A stretch of DNA of 64,000 nucleotides from Octopus sinensis (lineage: Eukaryota): the NCBI RefSeq assembly GCF_006345805.1, contig NC_043007.1, positions 22,196,001 to 22,260,000 on the forward strand. The letters are read 5' to 3'. The stretch's first letter is position 1. Each line of letters starts with the position of its first letter. Shown here in pieces: positions 25,333-38,207 of this stretch. A program made the position numbers and the translations under genes. The notes below the pieces were generated by a model, which saw only the letters and a program-made list of their open reading frames with translations, had not been told where the DNA came from and did not search any database.

Positions 25333-28300
25333 GTAAGTTTTGCATTTTATTTCATTCATTATTAAAAATATATATATTTAAAAAATGTGATATATTATTT
25401 CTAATTCTATAACTGCTTGCCGCAAATAATCGAGGGATCTTTTCACTTTGACCGGCAGATTTTTAAAATAATTTCCATGTAACTAAAAAATTTTAAATTT
25501 CGTATACTGATCGAATGTGTTTATAAAACCTCTTTTTCTCTTGGCTTTCTTGAGAAAATTCTGTAGTTTGTAACATATTTGTTGTTTAATTTCTTGCATT
25601 TCGGCAATTTCAGCCAATCAATGATGTCTATTGAGGTGAATTCAGTTTCTCCGTAAACATTTTCTGGCGGCGTCATTTGAAAATGTCCATGTTTTTTATG
25701 AGAAAAAAGATACCCTGTGGCCATAAACTGAGGGGTCACTCGTAAATAGAGCTGGATAACAAAACCGTTCCCTCTTTAGTGTCCACCCATAATTATGACC
25801 CTAATATCGATCTATTGCATTTCAATCTGTTTTAGGGTTAGAGTTAGAGTTTAAATTAACGTTAGGGGGTGGGGGGAAGGGTATCTTTTTTTCTGCAGAA
25901 ATGTAAATAAACCCAATCTGTTTCTTAAACGAATATATAATATGTAACAGGGACATTTTCATATGACGCCGCCAGAAAATGTTAACGGAGAAATTGAATT
26001 CACCTCAATAGACGTCATTGATTGGTTGAAATTGCCGAAATGCAAGAAATTAAACAACAAACATGTTACAAACTACAAATAATATACACGCACAAAGTTT
26101 TAGAACTGTTGTCATCGAAGAGGGCCTCTCAATGTAAAGGATGTCCGTATGCACCGCGGATATTTTAAAATATAATTTAAGACTTAAAAATCCCTATTTA
26201 TGCTAGTGCATCGAGAAAATCGAGTCGTTCATAATTTTGTTATACACAAAAATAATTTATAAAATCAAGTATGCAATAGCACCCTAAAATTTTTTCCATA
26301 TTACTTTAAAACAGTAATCTTTAAAAATAATTATTAGCGACAGAGGAGGCTCTTAGTAATAACAGTGTAGCAAAACGGCGGTCCATCAGCATCGTCGCAG
26401 CTCTGAGCTGAAACTAGAGAGAAAGAGAAACAGTATTAATACCAAAAGACAATATTTATTCCCACTTAAAAGTGGACGTTGAAAGGTGGCGAGCCGGCAG
26501 CAACGTTAGCACGCCGGGCGAAATGCTTAGCGGTTTTTCGTCTGCCGTTACGTTCCGAGTTCAAATTCCGCCGAGGTCGACTTTGCCTTTCATCCTTTCG
26601 GGGTCGATTAAATAAGTACCAGTTACGCACTGGGGTCGATATAATCGACTTAATCGGTTTGTCTGTCCTTGTTTGTTCTCTCAGTGTTTAGCTCCTCGTG
26701 GGTAGTAAAGAAAAAAAAAAGAAAACAAGTGGCCGTTGTATTATAGAACACAGTGTAGCGGGATGTGTAGGAAAAGATGTTGACGTAGCAGATGAAATAG
26801 GCATGTGGACATCAAAGTTAGACAATGGGAAAGCATCGGATTGTGGTTTAAATGATTTATTTAATCGACACTTGCATTTACGTGTTGTCTACAAATGGAA
26901 ATTCGCTACATGACATTACCAACTTGCTTCGAGTTGGCGAAGTAAAAATATTTCGTTTTGGGATTTGGTTTGCAAGATTCTTTATATGAGTTCGTGTGTT
27001 GAAGCATATTCTGTTGTGTCTGGGGAGAGTAATTTTCTTTTTGTGCCTTATTGAAAAGGTTGCAAGACGCAACGAAAATTTTAGGAAAATAAAAATAAGT
27101 GGAAATTTTACCGGTGCGTGTGTTACATTATAAGGCAAAAAAAGAAAATGACTCTCCCCAGACACAACAGAAGTAAAAAATGAACAGGAAAAATACTGTG
27201 TCGATGTGATGAGGTAGAACCGGGCATGTTTTGTGCCTGTGTGTGCGTTGGTTATTCGGTCGTGTCTGTTTATGTCCTGTGATTGCTACTGTGCTGGGTC
27301 GTTCTTGCTGAATATGTGGTTATGTGTTGGCTGCTTGGCTGGTGCAAGTTAACTGCTGTCTATCGACTGTTTGCCTTTGCTGGCTGTCTGATTATCTGTC
27401 GCGTATCTGACTGTATTTATAATGGTTATCTCAGCTAGGACAGACATACCACAGGCATAATTTCTACCTACGTAGGTCGCCTCCTATCCACTTGAACCTT
27501 AAATGACACAGCTCAGGTCAGAGGTCGAAGAGGAATCCATCCATCACTTTTTGATAGGAGAAAGAAATTTCTTTCGCGCCCGTTTGGCAAGTGGTGGATC
27601 AGACGAGTGAGAATCCTAAAATTCGGTTTCGAATCTCAGCTCGGAAAAAGGGAGTGTTAGTTTTTACAACAGTATACTGCGAAAAATATGCGCGACTCCC
27701 CCGTGGAAACTATTGCAGTATTGTGTGTTTTAAAACAGTAATCTTTAGCTTTCCATGCAATGTGAGAAGGTAACGAGCTGGCAGAATAGTTAGCACGTTG
27801 GACAAAATGCTTAGCGATATTTCTTTCGGCTGTTTGTGTTACGAGTTCATATCCCGCCCATGTCAACTTTCTCTTTCATCCCTTGGGGTTCAATAAAATG
27901 AAACATCAATCAGCTACTGAGGGTGATGTAATCGACTTGTCATCTCCCTTCAATAATCGCTGGCCTTGAATCCCACAACTGACAGGCGTCCAGTGGTATG
28001 TTGCAAGGCGGCGAGCTGGCAGAAACGTTAGCACGCCGGGCGAAATGCTTAGCGGTATTTCGTCTGCCGTTACGTTCTGAGTTCAAATTCCGCCGAGGTC
28101 GACTTTGCCTTTCATCCTTTCGGGGTCGATAAATTAAGCACCAGTTACGCACTGGGGTCGATGTAATCGACTTAATACCTATGTCTGTCCTTGTTTGTCC
28201 CCTCTGTGTTTAGCCCCTTGTGGGTAATAAAGAAATAGGTATGTTGCGATCTCAGACATACGGGAGACCTTGTAATCAGTCGATTATTCTGCTCGGTGCA

Positions 28301-28492
28301 TTGATAAAACGCTCTCTTCTTTTTCAATATAGTTTCTTCCCAAGCGAAGCATTTCAAGGGAGCAGATTTTCGAAATTGTAACGAATGCACCTATAGGGTT
28401 TCCGTCCGGAAATTCTTTGTTTATGAAATTAACTGACCATGACGTTTTCCTTTCTCTCTTTCTCTCTCCAGTTGTAGAGAACTTATTGATGG

Positions 28493-28873
28493 AAGCACTC
28501 CGTCGGTTACGACGACGAGGGTTCCGGTTGATCCGATCAACGGAACAGCCTGCTCGTGAAATTAACGTGTAAGTGGCTGAGCACTCCACAGACACGTGTA
28601 CCCTTAACGTAGTTCTCGGGGATATTCAGCGTGACACAGAGAGTGACAAGGCCGGCCCTTTGAAATACAGGTACAACAGAAACAGGAAGTAAGAGTGAGA
28701 GAAAGTTGTGGTGAAAGAGTACATCAGGGATCACCACCATCCCTGCCGGAGCCTCGTGGAGCTTTTAGGTGTTTTCGCTCAATAAACACTCACAACGCCC
28801 GGTCTGGGAATCGAAACCGCGATCCTACGACCGCGTGTCCGCTGCCCTAACCACTGGGCCATTGCGCCTCCAG
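28493..28873 (-). mobile_element. tRNA-SINE family D, full length
   Basis: Near-identical to 40484-40868; head GGAGGCGCAATGGCCCAGTGGTTAGGGCAGCGGAC. Confidence 0.88.
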
Positions 28874-29069
28874 AGAACTTATATTCCTCTGACTATTTGA
28901 GTCTCAGCACATTATAGGTGCGGAATCAATGGTCACTCTCTGACCGGCCATAACAATCACACCTGTAAATTTGCTACTTCTCTAATGTTTTTGAGTGTCC
29001 CTTTTTTTCTGATATATGAACTAATCACACACACACACATTGCTATTTAATACGAATTTATATTTTCAG

Positions 29070-29222
29070 CTGGGAGACTGAAGACCATGCAGGGTGCGGC
29101 CTGTCTTGGGTTCATCCTGCTATTAGTTGCTGTCATTATGGCAACTGTGTATATATTCAAACAAAATGTGAGAGCTAATAAAAAATATCGATGGGCAGTG
29201 GCAATACTGGTGTTATTAGGAG
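29070..29222 (+). CDS. Claudin/PMP22-like protein, coding exon 2
   Basis: Acceptor TTTTCAG, 153 nt, phase 1-1, TGRLKTMQGAACLGFILLLVAVIMATVYIFKQNVRANKKYRWAVAILVLLG; donor GTAAGT at 29223. Confidence 0.88.
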
Positions 29223-29694
29223 GTAAGTGTCCAAATTTTAAGTTGATTTTGACTAAGACAATATTATTATTATTATTGTTGTTATTATTGAGGCAGCGAG
29301 CTGGCAGAAACGTTAGCACGCCGGGCGAAATGCTTAGCGGTATTTCGTCTGCCGTTACGTTCTGAGTTTAAATTCCGCCGAGGTCGACTTTGCCTTTCAT
29401 CCTTTCGGGGTCGATAAATAAAGTGCCATTTACGCACTGGGGTCGATATAATCGACTTAATACCTATGTCTCTCCTTGTTTGTCCCTTCTATGTTTAATC
29501 TCTTGTGGGTAATAAAGAAATAGGTATTTCGTCTGTCTTTACGTTTTAAATTCAAATTCCATCGACTTTGCCTTCCATCCTTTCAGAGTCGATAAATTAA
29601 GTACCAGTTGCGCACTGGGGTTGATCTAATCGACTGGACCCCTGTCCCCAAATTTCAGTCCTTGTGCCTATAGTAGAAAGGATTATTATTATTA

Positions 29695-30040
29695 TTATTG
29701 AGTGAGAGAGCAGTGCATGCAATCTAAGCGACACTGGGGTAAAATATACGAAGCCCAGTACACCCACCATGACCACCTGTCTGATAAGGACACACCAGGC
29801 ACATGCATCACAACTATATGTGCGCGACATTGTGAATAAACAGCGCATGGCCTTGCAGATGAGGCCCAGTTAGAATTTTCTTCAGGTCGAGTAGCCCATC
29901 CCGCTCAAAAGGTCCCTGAAGTTTGTTTGAGGATGTTAAACGAAACACCCATGTTAGAGAGGTGAATTATTCAAACCCCAAAGAATTCCTCTCAACACAT
30001 GGCTGTGATGCTCCCCCACTACTTCTGCTCGTGATCAGTA
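29695..30040. mobile_element. Interspersed repeat family F fragment
   Basis: Matches 44535-45087 and, inverted, 57130-57470. Confidence 0.8.
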
Positions 30041-31315
30041 TTAGCGGTATTTCGTCTGCCGCTACGTTCTGAGTTCAAATTCCGCCGAGATCGACTTTGC
30101 TTTTCATCCTTTCGGGGTCGATTAAATAAGTACCTGTTAGGCACTGGGGTCGATATAATCGACTCCATCCGTTTGTCTGTCCTTGTTTGTCTCCTCTGTG
30201 TTTAGCCCCATGTAGGTAGTAAAGAAATAAGTATTTCGTCTGTCTTTACGTTTTGAGTTAAAATTCCGCCGTGGTCGACTTTGCCTTTCATCCTTTCGGG
30301 GTCGATAAATTTAGTAGCAGTTGCGTACTGGGGTCGACATAATCGACTCCATCCATTTGTCTGTCCTTGTTTGTCCTCTCTGTGTTTAGCCCCATGTAGG
30401 TAGTAAAGAAATAAGTATTTCGTCTATCTTTACGTTTTGAGTTAAAATTCCGCGGTGGTCGACTTTGCCTTTCATCCTTTCGGGGTCGATAAATTTAGTA
30501 GCAGTTGCGTACTGGGGTCGACATAATCGACTCCATCCGTTTGTCTGTCCTTGTTTGTCCTCTCTGTGTTTAGCCCCATGTAGGTAGTAAAGAAATAGGT
30601 TTTTCGTCTATCTTTACGTTTTGAGTTAAAATTCCGCGGTGGTCGACTTTGCCTTTCATCCTTTCGGGGTCGATAAATTTTGTAGCAGTTGCGTACTGGG
30701 GTCGACATAATCGACTCCATCCGTTTGTCTGTCCTTGTTTGTCCTCTCTGTGTTTAGCCCCATGTAGGTAGTAAAGAAATAAGTATTTCGTCTATCTTTA
30801 CGTTTTGAGTTAAAATTCCGCGGTAGTCGACTTTGCCTTTCATCCTTTCGGGGTCGATAAATTTAGTAGCAGTTGCGTACTGGGGTCGACATAATCGACT
30901 CCATCCGTTTGTCTGTCCTTGTTTGTCCTCTCTGTGTTTAGCCCCATGTAGGTAGTAAAGAAATAGGTTTTTCGTCTATCTTTACGTTTTGAGTTAAAAT
31001 TCCGCGGTGGTCGACTTTGCCTTTCATCCTTTCGGGGTCGATAAATTTTGTAGCAGTTGCGTACTGGGGTCGACATAATCGACTCCATCCGTTTGTCTGT
31101 CCTTGTTTGTCCTCTCTGTGTTTAGCCCCATGTAGGTAGTAAAGAAATAGGTATTTCGTCTATCTTTACGTTTTGAGTTAAAATTCCGCGGTGGTCGACT
31201 TTGCCTTTCATCCTTTCGGGGTCGATAAATTTTGTAGCAGTTGCGTACTGGGGTCGAGCTAATCGACTGGCACCCTCCCCAAAGATTTCGGGCCTTGAGC
31301 CTAGAGTAGAAAAGT
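30040..31315 (+). repeat. Tandem array of ~6.5 SINE-B-derived 184-bp units in intron 2
   Basis: Identical spurious ORFs 368 bp apart (30472, 30840) show the period and a dimeric higher-order pattern. Confidence 0.92.
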
Positions 31316-31846
31316 ATGTATATATCCGTTCTGCAGTTCTTTTTTAACGGTCACATCTTTGGTTTTCTGCTGTATCCAGTGTGGGAGGTCCAAGAAGCTG
31401 TGGTTGCCTACTTGTAACTACACAGGCACTTAAGACACCTAGTGAACGTATGGTACATGGTAGTATGCTCTTGTAGCATGCACTATGTTTGTATGGTCCC
31501 ACATATCCATTCGGCGATGCTATTTTACCTGTTCAACAGAACGATTTATGAAAAGTCAAAAGCGGCGAGCTGGACGAGATGTTTAGCATTATTTCGCCGT
31601 CGCTACGTTCCGAGTTCAAATTCCGTCGAGGTTGGTTTTGGTTTTCATCCTTTCGGTGTCGATAAATTAAGTACCAGTGAAACACTGGGGTCGATATAAT
31701 CGAATAGTCCCCTCCCCACAAATTTCAAGCCTTGTGCCTATTGTAGATAGGATTTATGAAAAGTCAATTATCATGCAGTTATCTTTCTCACTCTAATCTC
31801 AACTGTTCACACTACATAACAAAATGTGTATTTTTCTTGCTTTCAG

Positions 31847-31998
31847 GTATATTTGCATCTGTCGGTCCACTTTTTGGCTTCGGGGTTGCAGGCTATTCTC
31901 CAAGCTATTCGTTATTCATAGGTTTATTGGCGGGAATCCTGTCTATAGTTGCTGGTAGTTTGCACATAGTTGATGTGAAAAGAACAGTCTTCGAATGA
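31847..31998 (+). CDS. Claudin/PMP22-like protein, final coding exon
   Basis: Acceptor TTTCAG, GIFASVGPLFGFGVAGYSPSYSLFIGLLAGILSIVAGSLHIVDVKRTVFE*; the three exons total 459 nt = 152 aa plus stop. Confidence 0.88.
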
Positions 31999-32125
31999 GG
32001 ATATTTCCATTTCCAAGGTGTCAAACCAAGTACAACGTTTTTTTCCCGTTTAATTTGCACTATTAAAAAAAAAAAAAAATTGTAAAGAAAATTAATATTT
32101 TTCAAATTTTTTTTTTGTGTTTCAA

Positions 32126-32131
32126 AATAAA
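32126..32131 (+). promoter_or_regulatory. Likely polyadenylation signal of the claudin-like gene
   Basis: AATAAA ~130 nt after the stop codon, followed by a T/GT-rich tract. Confidence 0.55.
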
Positions 32132-32667
32132 CGATTTCATAAGTTTATTATTTGTGTCTTTGAGTTTTTAATATTTCTATCTATGAAAAACATTTGTTCG
32201 CCGGGCGAAATGCTTAGCGGTATTTCGTCTGCCGTTACGTTCTGAGTTCAAGTTCCGCCGAGGTCGACTTTGTCTTTCATCCTTTCGGGGATGGATGAAA
32301 GGCAAGCGTAACTGGTACTTAATTTATCAACCCCGAAAGGATGAAAGGCAAAGTCGACCTCGGCGGAACTTGAACTCAGAACGTAACGGCAGACGAAACG
32401 GCGGAACTTGTAATCGACTTAATCCGTCTGTCTGTCCTTGTTTGTCCCTTCTGTGTTTAGCCCCATGTGGGTAGTAAAGAAATAGGTATTTCGTCTGTCT
32501 GTTATTGAAAATTTATTGTTGGAGTGTGTTCGTAAAGTAAGTTTCTGTTAATTGTTATATCACTTGTTGTGCCTATTGTTGGACTTATTGTTTAAAAATT
32601 GTATTATAGTTTTCTCTCGAAAGCTATCTCTGGTTTTCCTCTGTGGGGGAAAACAATTGCCGGCAAG

Positions 32668-33554
32668 ATGCCGAAAAGTGTGTCTTCGTCGGGTGATGAT
32701 TCATCGACCGAGCGGGAAGCAAGGAAGATAGAAAGTTTAATTTTTGATAACATTTCTCGTGTTTCGGAAAGTGAATTCTCTGCATTACCTAAAGTTACGG
32801 GTACCAAAAGAAACAAAGAACATTCAAAATGAAGAAAGAAAAAGTTTTGCGTCAGCAGCTGGAAGTGGAACGCGACAGCTGTCAACTGACAAAGAAGAAT
32901 TACTAAAATACAAAGAAATGATAACAGTACGAGATGGAGTGGTAAAAGTGGAAATGCCAGAAGAACAATTAACGGTGGAAAAAAAGGAAAATTATTATTT
33001 TTAAGACATTCTGCTTAAAAGCTCGAAACATCGACAAGATATGCGAGCAAAAAAAATTGAAAAATGTCTAAAACCCATCTGGCAGGACATTACATATCTA
33101 GCCAGAGAGAAGAAGTTTGGAACCATCGTGGTGAGGTTCAAGAACGCAGAAACGACACAACAACACTCTGTAAAATCACTAGAGTGGGAAGACACAATAT
33201 TAATCCCAATTTACATGGGAATGAGAACATTTAAGGTTAGAATACCAAGAATTCCACCCGGAGTAAACCCTATGTACTTGATGGCGGTAGTCCTGGCAAA
33301 CAGGGAGGATAATATTCACCTCCTGCAGGCAACCGTCACAGAGAATACATAGTTGGACTGGACAAACGCTCATCCTGTTACTGCAGGCAGAGCAGAAACA
33401 TTTTAGAACAGCTCCCAGAAACAGTAGAAGTAGGGGAGGAAGTTCTCAATATCTCTGTTGAGGGGCGTACGCCCCGATGTTTCCAGTGTGGCCAACTGGG
33501 TCACATTAAAAATTATTGTAAAGAAGGTGAAGAAGAATAGGACGGTGAAGAGTG

Positions 33555-33607
<53 letters not shown>

Positions 33608-33700
33608 GAGAGAGAGAGACTGAAGGAAAAAATAAACAACAAAAGGAAAATGGAAGGCTCGAATTAGCAAAAGCAGAGCGAGCCGAGACTAAAAAAAACA
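32668..33700 (+). mobile_element. L1/Tx1-like ORF1 (gag-like) relic with a CCHC zinc knuckle
   Basis: GRTPRCFQCGQLGHIKNYC (CX2CX4HX4C at 33478-33519); broken upstream frames such as VRIPRIPP. The clade is inferred. Confidence 0.7.
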
Positions 33701-33749
33701 AACAAAACAGCCAAGAGAGACAGACCGAGGATGGCTCCACAACACATGC

Positions 33750-34060
33750 TAGAACCGCCTTCATAGCCGTTGGACCACTTTTGGTCTCGGTCGCCCAGAC
33801 CACCGCAACCAGTCTTCACATGCTAAGGGTATGCAAACCCTGGTTTATCACCGAAGGTTTCAAACCCGATAGCTACCCTCACCTACTTTAGTCGGCCTGT
33901 CAATGCTGTTGCCTGGGGTGTGACCACTTTTGCATGCAAACATCTACGAGGAACCAGAAATGAGAGCTGGAAGTCAAGTGGGTACCAAGGTGGGCGGACC
34001 AACCCTAAAAAGGTACGACAATATCCCCATCAGGTGCAACTCCCACCCGAATGTACCAGA
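33750..34060 (+). mobile_element. Possible RTE-type 5' UTR fragment
   Basis: GCTACCCTCACCT...GCCTGTC...GGGGTGTG...GCATGCAAACA resembles RTE leaders as I recall them; not verified. Confidence 0.35.
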
Positions 34061-34074
34061 CAATAGTATATATA

Positions 34075-34951
34075 CACAGGGTGGGTAAAAAGTAAGTAGG
34101 TATTAAAAATCGGTAATAAAACCCATATTCCGTTTACAAATTTATTGAGACAAATGATACATGTTCTTTTATTACTCGAGAAAATGAAAGTAAATCTTCA
34201 TATTTTAACGGCAGCATCGGTAGCGTCAACTAGTTTCCTCAAAGGGCCAGGGATGGAATGAACAACCTTCTGAAGAGTGTCGCCTGGGATATCATTGAGA
34301 ACCTCCTGAATCCGTGTCTCCAAGTCCTCCAGTGTGCAAGGTTTTATGTAACCCCACAGGTAAAAATCACAAGGAGTGAGATTTGGACGTCTTGGAGTTC
34401 TGGACATCTGCGGTCACAGTCTTCAGGTTTCAGCTCCTGCAAGCAATGGGGTCTCCACGGATGAAAATGCAATTCTTTATGCAAGACCGTGCGTATTGTG
34501 TGTCTTGTTAGTCCACTTTCACGAGCTGTTTGACGTTGATTTTTGCGGGCTTCGATTAAACATTTCTTGCACTGTTGCCACGGTCTCCACTGATCAGGAT
34601 GTGGCTGGACGGCCACTTCTTCTTGCATCGTTCACAGAGCCCGTGGTCATCAGATTTGCATGACAACTTTTTATTGTCTGCGGACATAGTGTTGCATGCT
34701 TACCTTTCCATGCGCGTCCCCGTCTCTGAACTAAAATAATCGGATTCCACACTTCATAAGCGTACTGCTATCTTAGCTCGCTCCTGAACAGCCAAGCGAC
34801 TGGCCATCTGGAAAATAAGAAATAAAACAATACGAAAATAAGAAATCTCCATTAGGGTCGTCTGTTTAGAAAATCTTTTCATCATGACTGCAGTGATACT
34901 AAAAATTTTATAAGCAATTTCTAATGCCAAGATAGTTTCCATCCACCCTCT
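34075..34951 (-). mobile_element. Tc1/mariner-superfamily relic (DUF4817-HTH type), internally deleted
   Basis: MASRLAVQERAKIA N-terminus; PRRPNLTPCDFYLWGYIK...LEDLETRI C-terminus; degenerate AGGGTGG termini. Confidence 0.85.
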
Positions 34952-34991
34952 ATGTGTGTGTATACACACACGCACACACAGACAAACACAC

Positions 34992-35037
<46 letters not shown>

Positions 35038-35360
35038 AGTGTGTGTGTGTGTGTGACGGCTTTTGACGGTGGGGTCACCAATTCTAACGGTGTTAGACAC
35101 CGGAGTCATCAATTGTAGCGGAGCGGTTACCAAAATGTAGCTGGTGTGATGTTGAAGAAGAGAAAGATGATGTAAATGTCGTTGTGTTGGGCTTGAAGGA
35201 ATAAGGACAGTGGTCCAAGTTGTAGATAACATATTTGTGCTGTTACATATAATCGTTTCCTAACCACGACGGGTAGGTGTGTATGAAAGCAATCCGGAAA
35301 GCATGCGAAGTAAAGAGAGTTATCGTTTCGTGTATAAATGGATAGCGTAAGATCTACATA

Positions 35361-35775
35361 GGCGCAGGAGTGGCTGTGTGGTAAGTAGCTTGTTTACCAA
35401 CCACATGGTTCCGGGTTCAGTCCCACTGCGTGGAACCTTGGGCAAGTGTCTTCTACTATATCCTCGGGCCGACCAATGCCTTGTGAGTGGATTTGGTAGA
35501 CGGAAACTGAAAGAAGCCCGTCGTATATATGTGTATATATGTGTGTATATGTGTGTGTTTGTGTGTCTGTGTTTGTCCCCCTAGCATTGCTTGACAACCG
35601 ATGCTGGTATGTTTATGTCCCCGTTACTTAGCGGTTCGGCAAAAGAGACCGACAGAATAAGTACTGGGCTTACAAAAGAATAAGTCCCGGGGTCGAGTTG
35701 CTCGACTAAAGGCGGTGCTCCAGCATGGCCGCGGTCAAATGACTGAAACAAGTAAAAGAGTAAAAGAATAAAGAG
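35361..35775 (+). mobile_element. SINE family A, full length, inside LTR-related sequence
   Basis: Complete head-to-tail copy; the flanks resemble the LTR at 10083-10841 (AAAGCATGCGAAGTAAA). Confidence 0.9.
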
Positions 35776-35920
35776 TATGTCTCGGGTCATTTAAGCAGCA
35801 GATGGAGAGAGTCAGAGTGATGTTGTAGAAGAGAAAGATGAGCTAGTGAGACAGTAAGAGGTGGGACGAGACAACTGTATTGTTGGTGAGTTCCCATAGT
35901 CGTCCTTCTGTGACGTTACT

Positions 35921-36853
35921 TCAGTTGAGACGGCGTTTCGTTGAGCCTGTCAGCCTACTCCCATGTGGGTCATGTTCTTGTACTTGTGACGGCGTTCTCC
36001 CAGGGCGGGTTGAGCCGGCTTCTCTTGTCCTGACGGCATCACGAACCATGGCGGACCATGCTCGACGGTCCTGTACGAGGTCACTGGAGATAGCGAGCCA
36101 TTCGCGGTTCCATCTGCACAGAACGACCACCTGTGGACCTGACAGTTCGGAGAGGTCCTCCTTTATCGTCGTTGCCCAGGTCTTCAGCTGCCCGCCCGTG
36201 TGTTTGCGCCAGTTGGGAAGTGGAAGTAAGAGGAGGATATCGCGAATCAGCTCACCCTCTGGACACCGGGCCGCATGACCGAACCACTTTAAGCGCCGTT
36301 GTAGAAGCACCGAAGGGAGGGGCCGGAGATTCAGACGATGACGAAGACCGGCTGTAGGAACCCGATCAATGCGTCGACAGCGAAGAATGCGGCGGAAACA
36401 GTCACTGTCGGACACCTCCAGCCTTCGCTGGTCGACTACCCCCATAGGCCATGTTTCACAACCATAGAGGAGGATAGTACGAACGACGGCCTGGTAGATT
36501 CGCCCTTTGGTCACCGAGGAGATCTCTCTTCTGTCCCAGAGGCACCGCTGGTGGCGCACGAATGCAGATCTGGCAGCACCTATGCGACGCTCGACCTCGG
36601 CTGCACCCTGGCCCGTTGGAACCACCGTTGAACCCAGATAGACGAAGGACTCCACATCCTCCGACTTCACGCCCTCGAGAACGATTGGCCGCCAGTCATC
36701 TGCTGCAATCAGAGACGTCATCACTTTGGTTTTGCCAGCATCGATCCGAAGACGAACAGCTGCCGTTGCCGCATGCACCTTTTCGAAAGCATCTTGGACA
36801 TCTGCCCGGTTAGAGCCCAAGAGCGCGATGTCATCTGCGTAGGCCAGGTCCAT
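35921..36853 (-). mobile_element. RTE-clade LINE, 5'-truncated RT C-terminal ORF (310 aa)
   Basis: LAYADDI, FVYLGS, LLYGCETW, RLKWFGH and QDRRAW motifs. Confidence 0.92.
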
Positions 36854-37112
36854 GTGGGTCGATTCTCACTAAGTGATATTTCACCACGGAATTCTAGTAT
36901 TTATAATTGTGCAGACTAGCTAGGAAAAGAGGTATACCGTTGTAACAATGGTTAAATTAATGTAGGTCACTCATTATTTATTTCAACTTTTCATGGCATA
37001 GAAAAGAGTCAAGTGGAAGACACATTCGTGCTTGACAATAGGCTGTATGGCTAAGGAGGATTTCTAGATTCGATTTCGAATCTCAAGTAAGGCCAAGTGG
37101 GGTATGTATATG

Positions 37113-37195
<83 letters not shown>

Positions 37196-37211
37196 TGTGT
37201 GTGTGTGTGTG

Positions 37212-37260
<49 letters not shown>

Positions 37261-37590
37261 GTACAACGTGAGATAGGGCTTATGAGTGGGATATCAGTTA
37301 TCCAATATACTGCCAGTGAAGTACCCAAAAGGCTAATACATAAATGCTTACAATTGCAATGCAATTATTTCATTTATTGTATTATATGTGCGAAGGTAAG
37401 ATGTGTTACCGCAAAATCATAATACAAATAAGAAAACGGAGGAACAGATTCCTCTCAATCATCAACTTACAGATATTACCAATTCATATTATTTATTCAC
37501 TACATAAACAGGTACATCCAAATCCAACAGAATAAAACAATATACATCAATAAGTAAGATAATACCATAAAAATAATACATATAAAATGG

Positions 37591-37718
37591 ATCTTACAGC
37601 TGTTTCAGCCTGTAGATAAAAATATCTCATTGTGCCTATATTAGTCATATGTATTGTGGTAATATGCACTTAAAAACGAGTTACTTATATATATATATCC
37701 CAAGGCCTCGTCAGAGAT
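37591..37718 (-). ncRNA. Type I hammerhead ribozyme motif (minimal palindromic stem III, ~90-nt stem II insert)
   Basis: AUCU CUGACGA GGCCU [91 nt] AGGCU GAAA CAGCUG UA^ AGAU. Confidence 0.75.
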
Positions 37719-37789
37719 TATAAAGTACAATTGTAAAAATATAAAATGCAAATATAAAGAACAACTATGGTATATCGCAAACGAAGCAG

Positions 37790-38039
37790 TTATTTCGTCC
37801 CACACTCTCTCGCTAGTTCACAACATCACTCTTACAACATCACTCTATCTATTTCTGTGGATTACTGCTAAGACAATGTGTACACACACTATACAAGAAA
37901 AATCAAGGTTTACTTCGCATGCTTTACGATTTTATCACCTGCTCGTCGAGGTAAGGTATTATATAATGTAACGGGTAAAAATATTTCCTTAAAACTTCAT
38001 GCATTGTTCATCTTTCACATCTTACAACTTGCCGTTACA
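37790..38039 (-). mobile_element. LTR 5' fragment related to 10083-10841
   Basis: Reverse-complement match to ~10160-10290 and beyond; starts TGTAAC on the minus strand. Confidence 0.7.
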
Positions 38040-38109
38040 AATTAATTCCAACCGTTACACAAAATTAATCTTTCATCCTTACACACACACACGCACGCAC
38101 GCACACACA

Positions 38110-38177
<68 letters not shown>

Positions 38178-38207
38178 AAAATAAGCAACAAAAATGACTC
38201 CGGTAAT

